Both the position numbers and the translations under genes were made by a program. 16,619 nt of DNA, taken from assembly GCA_043819795.1 (NCBI GenBank), contig JBDREN010000135.1:1-16619 (forward strand). Direction: 5' to 3'. Numbering within the stretch: the first letter of the stretch is position 1; the number at the start of each line of letters is the position of its first letter. This document shows positions 1 to 7,868 of this stretch, piece after piece. The notes below the pieces were generated by a model. That model saw nothing but the letters and a program-made list of their open reading frames with translations. It was not told where the DNA came from and searched no databases. This DNA comes from Elusimicrobiota bacterium. GTDB lineage: Bacteria > Elusimicrobiota > Elusimicrobia > UBA1565.

Positions 1-217
1 GCACTCCAGCCATGAACGCCAGCACGATTTCCACGGGATCAGTCGCGTTCGGTGAGGTAAGTTTGAACGGCAATGCCTTGCGCAGGGACTGCTCCAGCCC
101 TATCTGCCGGGCCAGGCCGCCGAACAAGATAAGCCCTCCCCGGGGCGTTACGGCCTTCTCCGTAAACGTAACCCCTATTCCCTTCCCACCCAATAATGAT
201 GTAGCTTGATATGCCAT
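1..217 (-). CDS. IS1380-family (DDE) transposase, N-terminal 72 codons; runs off the window edge
   Basis: Manual translation from ATG at 217 gives MAYQATSLLGGKGIGVTFTEKAVTPRGGLILFGGLARQIGLEQSLRKALPFKLTSPNATDPVEIVLAFMAGV with no stop. An AGGAGG RBS lies just upstream. The FT.K.VTP.GGL..F motif followed by an SPN..DP..IV..FM segment resembles IS1380-family transposase N-termini (recognised from memory, not searched). Confidence 0.7.
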   Translation of the reverse strand, partial: MAYQATSLLGGKGIGVTFTEKAVTPRGGLILFGGLARQIGLEQSLRKALPFKLTSPNATDPVEIVLAFMAGV

Positions 218-279
218 CGTCTCGCCCTCCTGTGAGGTGCTAGCTCAACAGGAGTTTAGCGAGGCGGTGGCCTCTTTTT
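213..279. promoter_or_regulatory. Long imperfect hairpin covering the transposase RBS and start codon; T-tract follows on the + strand
   Basis: gccatcgtctcgc (213-225) pairs with gcgaggcggtggc (259-271) at 11/13 Watson-Crick positions. ctcctgt (227-233) pairs perfectly with acaggag (248-254). TTTTT follows at 275-279. Confidence 0.6.
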
Positions 280-312
280 GAAGCCTTTCAGCGGGCCAAC
301 TGAACTTTTCGG

Positions 313-337
313 GTTAACAAAGTTAACACCTGACGCC
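313..337. repeat. Copy 1 (25 bp, truncated by the IS) of the GGCGTCAGGTGTTAACTTTGTTAAC repeat
   Basis: gttaacaaagttaacacctgacgcc is identical to 4584-4608 and is the reverse complement of 4512-4536. Confidence 0.95.
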
Positions 338-3300
338 TTTTCTCTTTAGGTAGTGCAGGTGCGGGATCAGCACGCCGTTGGGATCGCCGGTGCCGTCGTA
401 GAAGATGTCGATGATGGGGATCCCGAAGTCCTCCTGCATCTTCCGGAAGATCGAGGCAGAGACCACCCCCGGGCAGCAGAACATCGGGTTGATGTGGACG
501 ATCGCGTCCACGCCGCCTTGCTTGATGTAGTAGAGCGCCCTTCCGATGTTGATGGACGTCTCCCCGGCGATGTAGTGCCGGATCTTGTAGTCCTCCATCA
601 AGCGCATGCAGTCGGCGAAGTCGGGCTCGAGCTGGTCGCCGATGATGTCGGCGGCTATCCTCTCGAAGCGGTGCTCGATCTTCCGGAGCGTGCGGTAGTG
701 CCGCGGGTCGTGGCCGTGGAGCCTGATATCCGCGTCGTAGAACTGGAACGGGTACTCGGTCATGGAGGAGACGGCCAGCTCGCCGCCGAGGTCCTCCACC
801 AAGGACTGCAGCCTCTGGTTGACCACCGAGCTGTACTTGACGTATAGGTCCCCGATCAGGGCTATCCGGGGTTTTCGCCCACCGGACTCGTCGCGGGGGA
901 CGCTCCGGAACATGTCCGCCACCGCGGCGAGGGCCGCGCGCAGGTCCTTGCCGCTCAGGATGGCCTCGCTGAGGGTCTCCTTCGCCTCCTGGGACACCCT
1001 GTCCGTGGCGCCCTTGTCGCGCTCGTAGGGCTTGATGCGGTTGTACATCTTGTAGATGATGCAGCTCACCATGAACGACTCGAACATGCGCACCGCCACG
1101 GGGTGGGGCAGGATCTCGCCCGGGGCCATGCTGTTGATCAGGCCGATCTTGAGCCCCTTGAGCCCCGCGGCCTCGAAGGCCATGTCCGAGAAGATGGGGT
1201 ACTGGGGCAGGTTGCAGGCCACGCACACGGTCGGCATGTAGAAGAAGGTCTTGCGGGGGTCGAGCCCTTCCGAGCGCACCTTCTCGATCACGCTCCCGGC
1301 GATGGAGACCAGCGGCATGCATTCGCCGCCGCTGGCGTATTTGTATCCGGTGCTCAAAGACTTCTCGTCGGCGTCGAGCGTCAGGGCCCGGTAGCCGGCG
1401 CGCCTGAAGCAGTCGGCCCAGAGCCGGCTGATGAGGTCGTCGAGGTGGAGGACCAGCACCGTGTCGCCCTTCTCCAAGCGGTCGTCGCGGGCCCGGGTCG
1501 GACGGACGGGCTCCGCGGGCTTGCGCCTGCCCAGATGGTTCTCGAAGGATCGCATCGCGGCCTCGATGCGAGTGGTGTAGCCCACGTCCGAGCTGTGCTC
1601 GTCGAGCTGCAGGACCAGGAAGGGCTTGCCGTAGTGCGTCATGATGTCCTTGACGTAGCTGATGAGGAAGGAATCCGGGCTACACCGGAAGCAGCTCAGG
1701 TAGACGACGAAGAGGTCGTCGGACTCGGCGCAGTACTCGGCGACCTTGACGATGGTCTTGCCGTAGTGCCAGTGCATGCGCTCGTAGAATTTGTTGGCAT
1801 AGACCGGCTGGAACCCCTCGAGGTCGAGCTCGTCCTGCCAGAAGAGCTCGGCCCCGAGCTCCTCGAGCTTCCGGGGCAGGCCGAGGTTCATGATGGGATC
1901 GAAGGCCACGTAAGGCCTCCCCATCAGGACGATCCGCGGCCCGCCCGGGCGGCGCCGGCCCGCCTCGAGGGCGGCGTGCGTCGCCTTCAGGTTCCTGCGA
2001 GCCGCGAGGAAATCCTCGTAGGCCGCGTGGAAGGCCCGCCCGACCTCCTCGAGGCCGAGGTCCGGGAATCTCCGCGCCAGCTCCTGGTGCAGCTCGCGCG
2101 CGATCTCGTCGAGATCGTTCTCGTTGAACAGGATGAGGGGAGAGAGGATCTTGTCCTCGAGGTCCATCGACGTGAGCTTGCTCAGGATGGAGGGCAGGTA
2201 CTGTGAGTAGTAGCAGAAATACGCGTCCCGGGTCTTCTTTTTGAAGGAAGCCGCTCCTTCGCGCTCCCGGTCATGCTCGTTGACGATCGCGGGGTAGAAG
2301 ATATGCTGGGCCCCCCGGTCCAGGAGCTGCTTGACGTATCCGTGGGCGGCCACCATGGGCGCGCAGAAATCCGAGTTCACGGCCTTCTTGCCCTCGGCCA
2401 GGGCCTTGCGCGAAGGGGTGGACGTGATCACCTTGAAGCCCAGCCGGGACAGGAAATCGTGCCAGAGCGGGGAATACTCCACGTTGTAGAGCCCGTGGGG
2501 AAGCCCGATGGCGACGTCCGCTCTCGACTTGCGGGCGCCCTCCGGCATGGGCGCCGCGCCGGGCGGCCTCCGATCGGGCCCCGGGGTGCGGAAGGGCGGC
2601 CGGAGCGCCTCGATGTAGCGCTTGGCGGGCGCGCTCCGCTCGACCTTTTTCGGACGCCTGTCCGAGTACTCCCGGCCGCATTTCATCCCCCACCCGGTCT
2701 TGACGCTTTCTTTGGCCACCACCGTCAAGAGGCAGTGATTGGCGCAGCGCTCGCAGATCTCCTCCTCGGTCCTCACGTCCCGGACATCCCATACGAAGCG
2801 GGAGCGCGTGAGGCCCGCCTCCCGGCAGAGAAGCGCCATGCCCAAGGCGCCGGTGAGATGACAGTAGGGCGAGACATGGATGGGCCGGTCCAGGAGCTGC
2901 TCGAAAGAAGCGACCAGGGCCGCGTTCCTGGCCGTCGCGCCCTGGAATACCACGTGCTCGCCGATCGGGCTGTGGCCGACCACCTTGGCCACGTAGTTGT
3001 CCCGCACCGAGTTGAGCACGGCCGCCGCCAGAGCCCGCTTGGACCAGCCCTCCCTCATGAGGACGTTCAGGTCCCGCTCCATGTACACCGTGCACCGGTC
3101 GCTGGTGAATGGGGCCTCGGCGGAGAGCGCCATGTCGGAGAAGTCCTTGAGGCTCACCCCCAGCCGCTTCGCCTGCTCCTCGATGAAGCTCCCCGTCCCG
3201 GCCGCGCACACGTAGTTCATCGCCGAGTAGTAGACGTCCCCGTCGCGTATGCGCGTGAACTTGGAGTCCTGCCCCCCGATCTCGACGATGGTGTCCGCCT

Positions 3301-4498
3301 CGGGGGTGAGGAACGTCGCCGCCTTGGCGTGGGCCGTGATCTCGTTGACCTCCATGTCCGCGCCGAAGAGCTCGTGGATCATCTTCCTGCCCGAGCCCGT
3401 GGTCCCCACCCCCCGCAGCGCCGGCCGCCTCCTTTCGAATACGGAGTCCATGGCTCCGATGAGCCTCTGCACCGCGGCGAACGGCTCGCCCCGGGTGGCG
3501 GTGTAGAAGCCCCCGGCGATCTCCCCGCCCGCGCTCATGACCAAAGTCTTTGTGCTCGTTGAGCCTATGTCGATGCCGAGATAAACCCCCTCCCCCAAAG
3601 ACGCGCGCTTCTTGGGAAGGAAGACCTCCACGTCCCCTTCCGGAAAGATGGAGAACTCCCGGAAATCCGGGTATTTCGTCAGCCGCATCTCCAGGCGCGG
3701 CCGCACGCTCCGGCGCGCCCGGACGCGCTTGGTCAGGGCGTCGAAATCGAAGGACGGCTCTTCGGCGAGCAGGGCCGCTCCCACCGCGCCCGCGACGTGG
3801 GCATGCTCCGGCACGACCACGCGCTTACCCAGGGTGCTCTCGATCGTGCCCACGATCTTGGGATTGAGCGAGACCCCGCCGACCACCGCCACGGGCTCGG
3901 TCATCTCCCGGCCCTTCACGAGGGCGTCCAGAACGTTGCGCGCGATGCCCTCGCATAGGCCCGCGCATATCGCGTCGAGCGAATAGCCCTCCTGCATGGC
4001 GTGGATGATGTCCGTCTTGGCGAAGACGGCGCAGCGGGTCGCGATGACGGGAGTCTTGCCCCGGAAGGCGGCGGCCCTGCGGGCGAGCTCGGCCGCGGAG
4101 ATCTCGAGGCGCTCGGCCTGCTGCTCGATGAAAGAGCCGGTCCCCGAGGCGCACGGAGAGTTCACCGAATGCTCCCGGTACTCGCCACCCTCGTCCAGGA
4201 CGATAATCGAGAAGGTCTCCCCCCCGATGGAGAACAGGTTCCGGCACCCGGGAAGCAGGAACCTCACCCCCTCGATGGTGGCGAGCGTGGCGTCCAGTAC
4301 CGCCTGGCCCGTGTCCTTGAGGCTCCCACACACGCCGATCCTGTCGTAGCGATCGGATCCCGGCTTCCCGATGGCCTCGGCGATCGCGCCCGCGATGTCG
4401 CCCTTGTGCTCCCGGTGATGCGTGTGGAGGACCCGGCCGGCCTCGAGGACGGCGCATCCCAGGTAGAGGGAGCCGATGTCGATGCCTATACGCCTCAT
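323..4498 (-). CDS. Large fused CoA-substrate-specific enzyme activase (two BadF/BadG/BcrA/BcrD-type ATPase domains) plus 2-hydroxyacyl-CoA dehydratase-like (DUF2229-type) domains; FeS protein
   Basis: 1391 aa. Two ASKHA-type modules (IGIDIGS...CASGTGSF...CAVF and LGIDIGSTST...EIGGQDSK...CAAGTGSF...CTVY), a CERCANHC linker, and dehydratase-like Cys motifs (FCAP, CFRCSPD, ECMP, FCCPG). Confidence 0.88.
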   Translation of the reverse strand: MRRIGIDIGSLYLGCAVLEAGRVLHTHHREHKGDIAGAIAEAIGKPGSDRYDRIGVCGSLKDTGQAVLDATLATIEGVRFLLPGCRNLFSIGGETFSIIVLDEGGEYREHSVNSPCASGTGSFIEQQAERLEISAAELARRAAAFRGKTPVIATRCAVFAKTDIIHAMQEGYSLDAICAGLCEGIARNVLDALVKGREMTEPVAVVGGVSLNPKIVGTIESTLGKRVVVPEHAHVAGAVGAALLAEEPSFDFDALTKRVRARRSVRPRLEMRLTKYPDFREFSIFPEGDVEVFLPKKRASLGEGVYLGIDIGSTSTKTLVMSAGGEIAGGFYTATRGEPFAAVQRLIGAMDSVFERRRPALRGVGTTGSGRKMIHELFGADMEVNEITAHAKAATFLTPEADTIVEIGGQDSKFTRIRDGDVYYSAMNYVCAAGTGSFIEEQAKRLGVSLKDFSDMALSAEAPFTSDRCTVYMERDLNVLMREGWSKRALAAAVLNSVRDNYVAKVVGHSPIGEHVVFQGATARNAALVASFEQLLDRPIHVSPYCHLTGALGMALLCREAGLTRSRFVWDVRDVRTEEEICERCANHCLLTVVAKESVKTGWGMKCGREYSDRRPKKVERSAPAKRYIEALRPPFRTPGPDRRPPGAAPMPEGARKSRADVAIGLPHGLYNVEYSPLWHDFLSRLGFKVITSTPSRKALAEGKKAVNSDFCAPMVAAHGYVKQLLDRGAQHIFYPAIVNEHDREREGAASFKKKTRDAYFCYYSQYLPSILSKLTSMDLEDKILSPLILFNENDLDEIARELHQELARRFPDLGLEEVGRAFHAAYEDFLAARRNLKATHAALEAGRRRPGGPRIVLMGRPYVAFDPIMNLGLPRKLEELGAELFWQDELDLEGFQPVYANKFYERMHWHYGKTIVKVAEYCAESDDLFVVYLSCFRCSPDSFLISYVKDIMTHYGKPFLVLQLDEHSSDVGYTTRIEAAMRSFENHLGRRKPAEPVRPTRARDDRLEKGDTVLVLHLDDLISRLWADCFRRAGYRALTLDADEKSLSTGYKYASGGECMPLVSIAGSVIEKVRSEGLDPRKTFFYMPTVCVACNLPQYPIFSDMAFEAAGLKGLKIGLINSMAPGEILPHPVAVRMFESFMVSCIIYKMYNRIKPYERDKGATDRVSQEAKETLSEAILSGKDLRAALAAVADMFRSVPRDESGGRKPRIALIGDLYVKYSSVVNQRLQSLVEDLGGELAVSSMTEYPFQFYDADIRLHGHDPRHYRTLRKIEHRFERIAADIIGDQLEPDFADCMRLMEDYKIRHYIAGETSINIGRALYYIKQGGVDAIVHINPMFCCPGVVSASIFRKMQEDFGIPIIDIFYDGTGDPNGVLIPHLHYLKRKGVRC

Positions 4499-4511
4499 AA
4501 AACGGTTAACC

Positions 4512-4608
4512 GGCGTCAGGTGTTAACTTTGTTAACTAACTTCAGTCACCGGGAAGTATTCCTGCTTCTCCTCTCCCCCATTAGTTAACAAAGTTAACAC
4601 CTGACGCC
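4512..4608. repeat. Perfect 28-bp inverted repeat pair (4512-4539 and 4581-4608) with a 41-bp spacer; REPIN/MITE-like unit
   Basis: ggcgtcaggtgttaactttgttaactaa and ttagttaacaaagttaacacctgacgcc are exact reverse complements. Each arm has two GTTAAC hexamers 3 bp apart. Confidence 0.95.
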
Positions 4609-5420
4609 TATAGCGCTAGCAGGCTCACGGCCATGACGGCCATGCCCGCGATCAGTCCGTATACCGCCAGGTGATGCTCGCCGTACTTGTGCGCGGCCGG
4701 CAGCAGCTCGTCGAACGAGACGTAGACCATGATCCCGGCCACTCCCGCGAACAAGAAACCGAACACCGCGTCGCTCAGGAAGGGCGCGAAAAGAAGATAG
4801 CCCACGAGCGCGCCCGCGGGCTCCGCCAGCCCCGAGGCGAAGGAATACAGGAAAGCTTTCCTGCGGCTGCCCGTGGAATAATACACCGGCACCGAGACGC
4901 TGATGCCTTCCGGGATGTTGTGGATGGCGATGGCCAGCGCGATGGGCAGGCCCGCGGCCGGGCTCTTCAGGGCGGCGACGAACGTGGCCAGGCCTTCGGG
5001 GAAATTATGGATGGCGATCGCCACAGCGGAGAACACGCCCATGCGCAGGAGCGCCCGGTCGCCCTTGGGGCTTCGCCCCGCGGCCATCTCCTCCAGCTTG
5101 CGGGCCTCATGGGGGTTCTCAAAGGACGGGACGAACCGGTCGATCACGGCGGTCAAAAAGATCCCAGCGAAGAACGCGCCCGTGGCCGCCCAGCCGCCCG
5201 CGGCCTCCCCCCATGCGGCGCCCAGCCGCTCGCCGGCCGCGCCGACCATCTCCACCAGCGAGATATAGACCATCACGCCGGCCGAGAATCCCAGCGACAC
5301 CGCCAACAGCTTGGTGTTCGTGCGCTTCGCGAAGAGGGCGATGGCGCTCCCGATGCCGGTGGACAGGCCGGCCAGCAAGGTCAGTCCGAACGCGAAGGCT
5401 ACGTGGTCGCTTTCCATCAT
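4608..5420 (-). CDS. zupT: ZIP-family divalent metal (Zn/Fe/Mn) transporter ZupT
   Basis: 270-aa hydrophobic protein with TLLAGLSTGIG, LGFSAGVM, AIAIHNFPEG, AIAIHNIPEG, SGLAEP and DELLP motifs. Confidence 0.95.
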   Translation of the reverse strand: MMESDHVAFAFGLTLLAGLSTGIGSAIALFAKRTNTKLLAVSLGFSAGVMVYISLVEMVGAAGERLGAAWGEAAGGWAATGAFFAGIFLTAVIDRFVPSFENPHEARKLEEMAAGRSPKGDRALLRMGVFSAVAIAIHNFPEGLATFVAALKSPAAGLPIALAIAIHNIPEGISVSVPVYYSTGSRRKAFLYSFASGLAEPAGALVGYLLFAPFLSDAVFGFLFAGVAGIMVYVSFDELLPAAHKYGEHHLAVYGLIAGMAVMAVSLLAL

Positions 5421-5443
5421 TCAGGACTCGGGACGGACCCGGG

Positions 5444-6475
5444 TCAATAGCTCATGGAGTCCAGCTTGACCTTGCCCCGGAACACCCGGTAGATATAGGC
5501 CGTGTAGACCAGCACCAGCGGCATGCCGATCAGGACCATCGTCAGCATGATCCTCAGCGTCTTCGCCGATGACGCGGCGTTGTAGATCGTCAGGCTGTGC
5601 GCCGGATCCGGGCTGGAAAGCACCATGTTGGGGAACATGCCGACGCCGAACAGAAGCATCAGGCACACGATCGTCGCGCACGACGCGAGGAACGCCCGGA
5701 GGTCGCGCCCGGCCCGCAGCTCGAACGGGATGTCCGCCATGGCCAGCACGAGGATGAGCGGGATCGCGAACAGCAGCGGCCGCTCATCGAAGGGACGGAT
5801 CATGTGCGGCAGCCCCAGCCAGGTCGCGAAGGTCAGCAGGACATAGAGCGCGGCGAACACGACGAACGCGCCCAGGGCCGATCGCCGGGCGCTGGCCTGG
5901 AGGTCACCTTCGGCCTTGAGGTTGAGATAGAGCGCCCCGTGCATGGCGAACAGCGCCGCGGTGCTCAGGCCCACCACGAGCGCGTACGGATTTAGAAGGC
6001 CGAGGAAGGTCCCGGCGAACTCGCCTTCGGCGTCGAGCGGGATGCCGCGGGCGATGTTGCCCAGCGCCACGCCCAAGAGCAGGGCCGCCGCGAGGCTGGC
6101 CGCGCTGAAGCAGAAGTCCCAGGCCTTGCGCCACAACGACCAGTCCAGCTTGCCCCGGAACTCGATGGAGACCGCCCGGAAGATGAGGGCGAACAGGAGC
6201 AGCATGATCGCGAGGTAGAACCCGGAGAACACCGTGCCGTACACCCTCGGGAACGCGGCGAACAGCGCCCCGCCCCCGGCTAGGAGCCAGACCTCGTTGC
6301 CGTCCCAGACGGGTCCGATCGCGTTGATCGCGATGCGCCGATCGTCGTCGGACTTCGCGAAGAGATGCACGATCCCCACGCCGAGGTCGAACCCGTCGAG
6401 CAGGGCGTAGCCCGTGAACAGGACCCCGATGACCGCGAACCAGACCGTGTTCAGATCCACGCAGCAGCAGCTCAT
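5444..6475 (-). CDS. cydB: Cytochrome bd ubiquinol oxidase subunit II
   Basis: LDGFDLGVG, IGPVWDGNEVWL, GALFAAFP and C-terminal YRVFRGKV motifs. ATGA overlap with cydA. Confidence 0.96.
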   Translation of the reverse strand: MSCCCVDLNTVWFAVIGVLFTGYALLDGFDLGVGIVHLFAKSDDDRRIAINAIGPVWDGNEVWLLAGGGALFAAFPRVYGTVFSGFYLAIMLLLFALIFRAVSIEFRGKLDWSLWRKAWDFCFSAASLAAALLLGVALGNIARGIPLDAEGEFAGTFLGLLNPYALVVGLSTAALFAMHGALYLNLKAEGDLQASARRSALGAFVVFAALYVLLTFATWLGLPHMIRPFDERPLLFAIPLILVLAMADIPFELRAGRDLRAFLASCATIVCLMLLFGVGMFPNMVLSSPDPAHSLTIYNAASSAKTLRIMLTMVLIGMPLVLVYTAYIYRVFRGKVKLDSMSY

Positions 6476-7824
6476 GCCGCCACCCCCGCCGGCTCAAGGT
6501 CCTCTTCCTCCGGCCCGTGGATGATCTCCTTGCCCAGCAGGAAGACGAACAGAAGAAACAGCAGGGCGTAGACGAGGCCGAACAAGGCTATGGACGCGAG
6601 CACCTGGGACGCGGGCACGACCTTCGAGAAGGCCTCGCTGGTGCGCAGCACGCCGTAGACGACCCAGGGCTGGCGCCCGACCTCGGCCGAGATCCAGCCC
6701 ATCTGATTGGCGATCTGAGGCCCGAGGAAGGACAGCAAGAACACGACCTGCAGCCACGTCTGCTGGAACAGCGTGCCCCGCCACCAAAAGAACACGCCGG
6801 CCAGGCTGAGACCGATGAGCCCCATGCCGATGCCGACCATCGCGTGGTAGGCCTGGAACACGAGATTGACCGGCGGCCGGTCCTCGGGAGGAAAGGCCTT
6901 GAGCCCCGTGACCGGCTTCTTGAAGTCGAAATGGACCAAGAAGCTCAGAAAGCCCGGAAGCCCGGGAGCGAACCGCACGCGCTCCGCCTTCTCATCCACC
7001 CAGCCGAACATGTACAGGTCGCCCGGAGCGGAAGCCTCGTAGTGCCCCTCGAAAGCCGCGAGCTTGGCCGGCTGGTTCTTGGCCACGCCGATCGCGCTCG
7101 TGTGGCCGGTCCCCAGCTGGCCCAGCGAGGAGGCGAGAGCCAGGCAGAGGGCCGGCTTCATCGACGCCTTGGCGAACTCGGTATGCCACCTCAGGAGCAC
7201 GTAGAAGGCGCTGATGCTGATCACTAGGAACGCGCCCGCCTGCCACGCGCCGCAAAACACGTGGCTGACGCGGTCGAAGGTCGAGGGGTTCAAGACCGCG
7301 GCCCAGAAGCCAGTGAGCTCCGCGCGCGCGGCCAGCCCCTCGCCCACGATGCGGAAGCCCGCGGGAGTCTGCTGCCAGGAGTTGGCCACCACGATCCACA
7401 ACGCGCTCAGATGCGCGCCCAAGGCAGCCATCACAAACGAGAATAATCGCGTCCGGGGGCCGATCCTGTCCCAGCCGAGCACGAGCAGCCCCACGAAGGC
7501 GGACTCCATGAAGAACGCCGTGATCACCTCGGCCGCGAGCGGGCCGCCGAAGACGTCCCCGACGTAGCGCGAGTACGCGGCCCAGTTCGTCCCGAACTGG
7601 AACTCCATCACGATCCCCGTCGCCACCCCCATGACGAAGATCAAGCCGAATACCTTGAGCCAGAACCGCGCCGTCCTCTCGTATACGGGCTTTCCCGTCC
7701 ACATCGACAGCGCCTGCCAGGCCACCAGGAGCACTCCCAGGCCGATGCTCATCGGAGGGAAGATGTAGTGAAAGGCGATCGTGAACGCGAATTGGACGCG
7801 CGAGAGCAGCTCGACGTCAAGCAT
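6472..7824 (-). CDS. cydA: Cytochrome bd ubiquinol oxidase subunit I (short Q-loop type)
   Basis: RVQFAFTIAFHYIF (heme His), GVATGIVMEFQFGTNW, ANSWQQTP, QPAKLAAFEG and EVGRQPW motifs. The 450-aa length fits a short Q-loop enzyme. Confidence 0.97.
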   Translation of the reverse strand: MLDVELLSRVQFAFTIAFHYIFPPMSIGLGVLLVAWQALSMWTGKPVYERTARFWLKVFGLIFVMGVATGIVMEFQFGTNWAAYSRYVGDVFGGPLAAEVITAFFMESAFVGLLVLGWDRIGPRTRLFSFVMAALGAHLSALWIVVANSWQQTPAGFRIVGEGLAARAELTGFWAAVLNPSTFDRVSHVFCGAWQAGAFLVISISAFYVLLRWHTEFAKASMKPALCLALASSLGQLGTGHTSAIGVAKNQPAKLAAFEGHYEASAPGDLYMFGWVDEKAERVRFAPGLPGFLSFLVHFDFKKPVTGLKAFPPEDRPPVNLVFQAYHAMVGIGMGLIGLSLAGVFFWWRGTLFQQTWLQVVFLLSFLGPQIANQMGWISAEVGRQPWVVYGVLRTSEAFSKVVPASQVLASIALFGLVYALLFLLFVFLLGKEIIHGPEEEDLEPAGVAA

Positions 7825-7868
7825 GGGGCCGGCCTCCGGGGCTTTCTAGGGTCGCGGCGCGCCCGCGG

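Larger units (their letters stand above)
1..313 (-). mobile_element. Left end of a probable IS1380-family insertion sequence; terminal sequence CCCGAAAAGTTCA (reverse complement of 301-313)
   Basis: Transposase-like ORF about 95 nt inside the end. The terminus begins CC, as is typical for IS1380 inverted repeats, and abuts TTAA (314-317). Identity to the 28-bp repeat stops exactly at this junction. The other end is outside the window. Confidence 0.6.

Noticed and set aside
12..209. 65-aa + strand ORF
   Set aside because: It is the antisense shadow of the transposase-like frame, which has an RBS and recognisable motifs.
4511..4539. dif/pdif site (28 bp; CTTTGTTAACT resembles the XerD arm TTATGTTAAAT)
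   Set aside because: There is no XerC-like arm at the required 6-bp spacing; the similarity is explained by the GTTAA core.
4546..4581. 11-codon minus-strand mini-ORF MGERRSRNTSR inside the repeat spacer
   Set aside because: Too short, no RBS and no independent support.
4512..4608. Mini CRISPR array (28-bp repeats, 41-bp spacer)
   Set aside because: The adjacent repeats are inverted rather than direct, the third copy is 4.2 kb away, and there are no cas genes in the window.
4505..4608. Integron attC site
   Set aside because: The ends do not fit RYYYAAC/GTTRRRY, the arms are perfect with no extrahelical bases, and no integrase is present in the window.
5421..5443. Small cydX/cydS subunit gene after cydB
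   Set aside because: Only 23 nt separate cydB from zupT.
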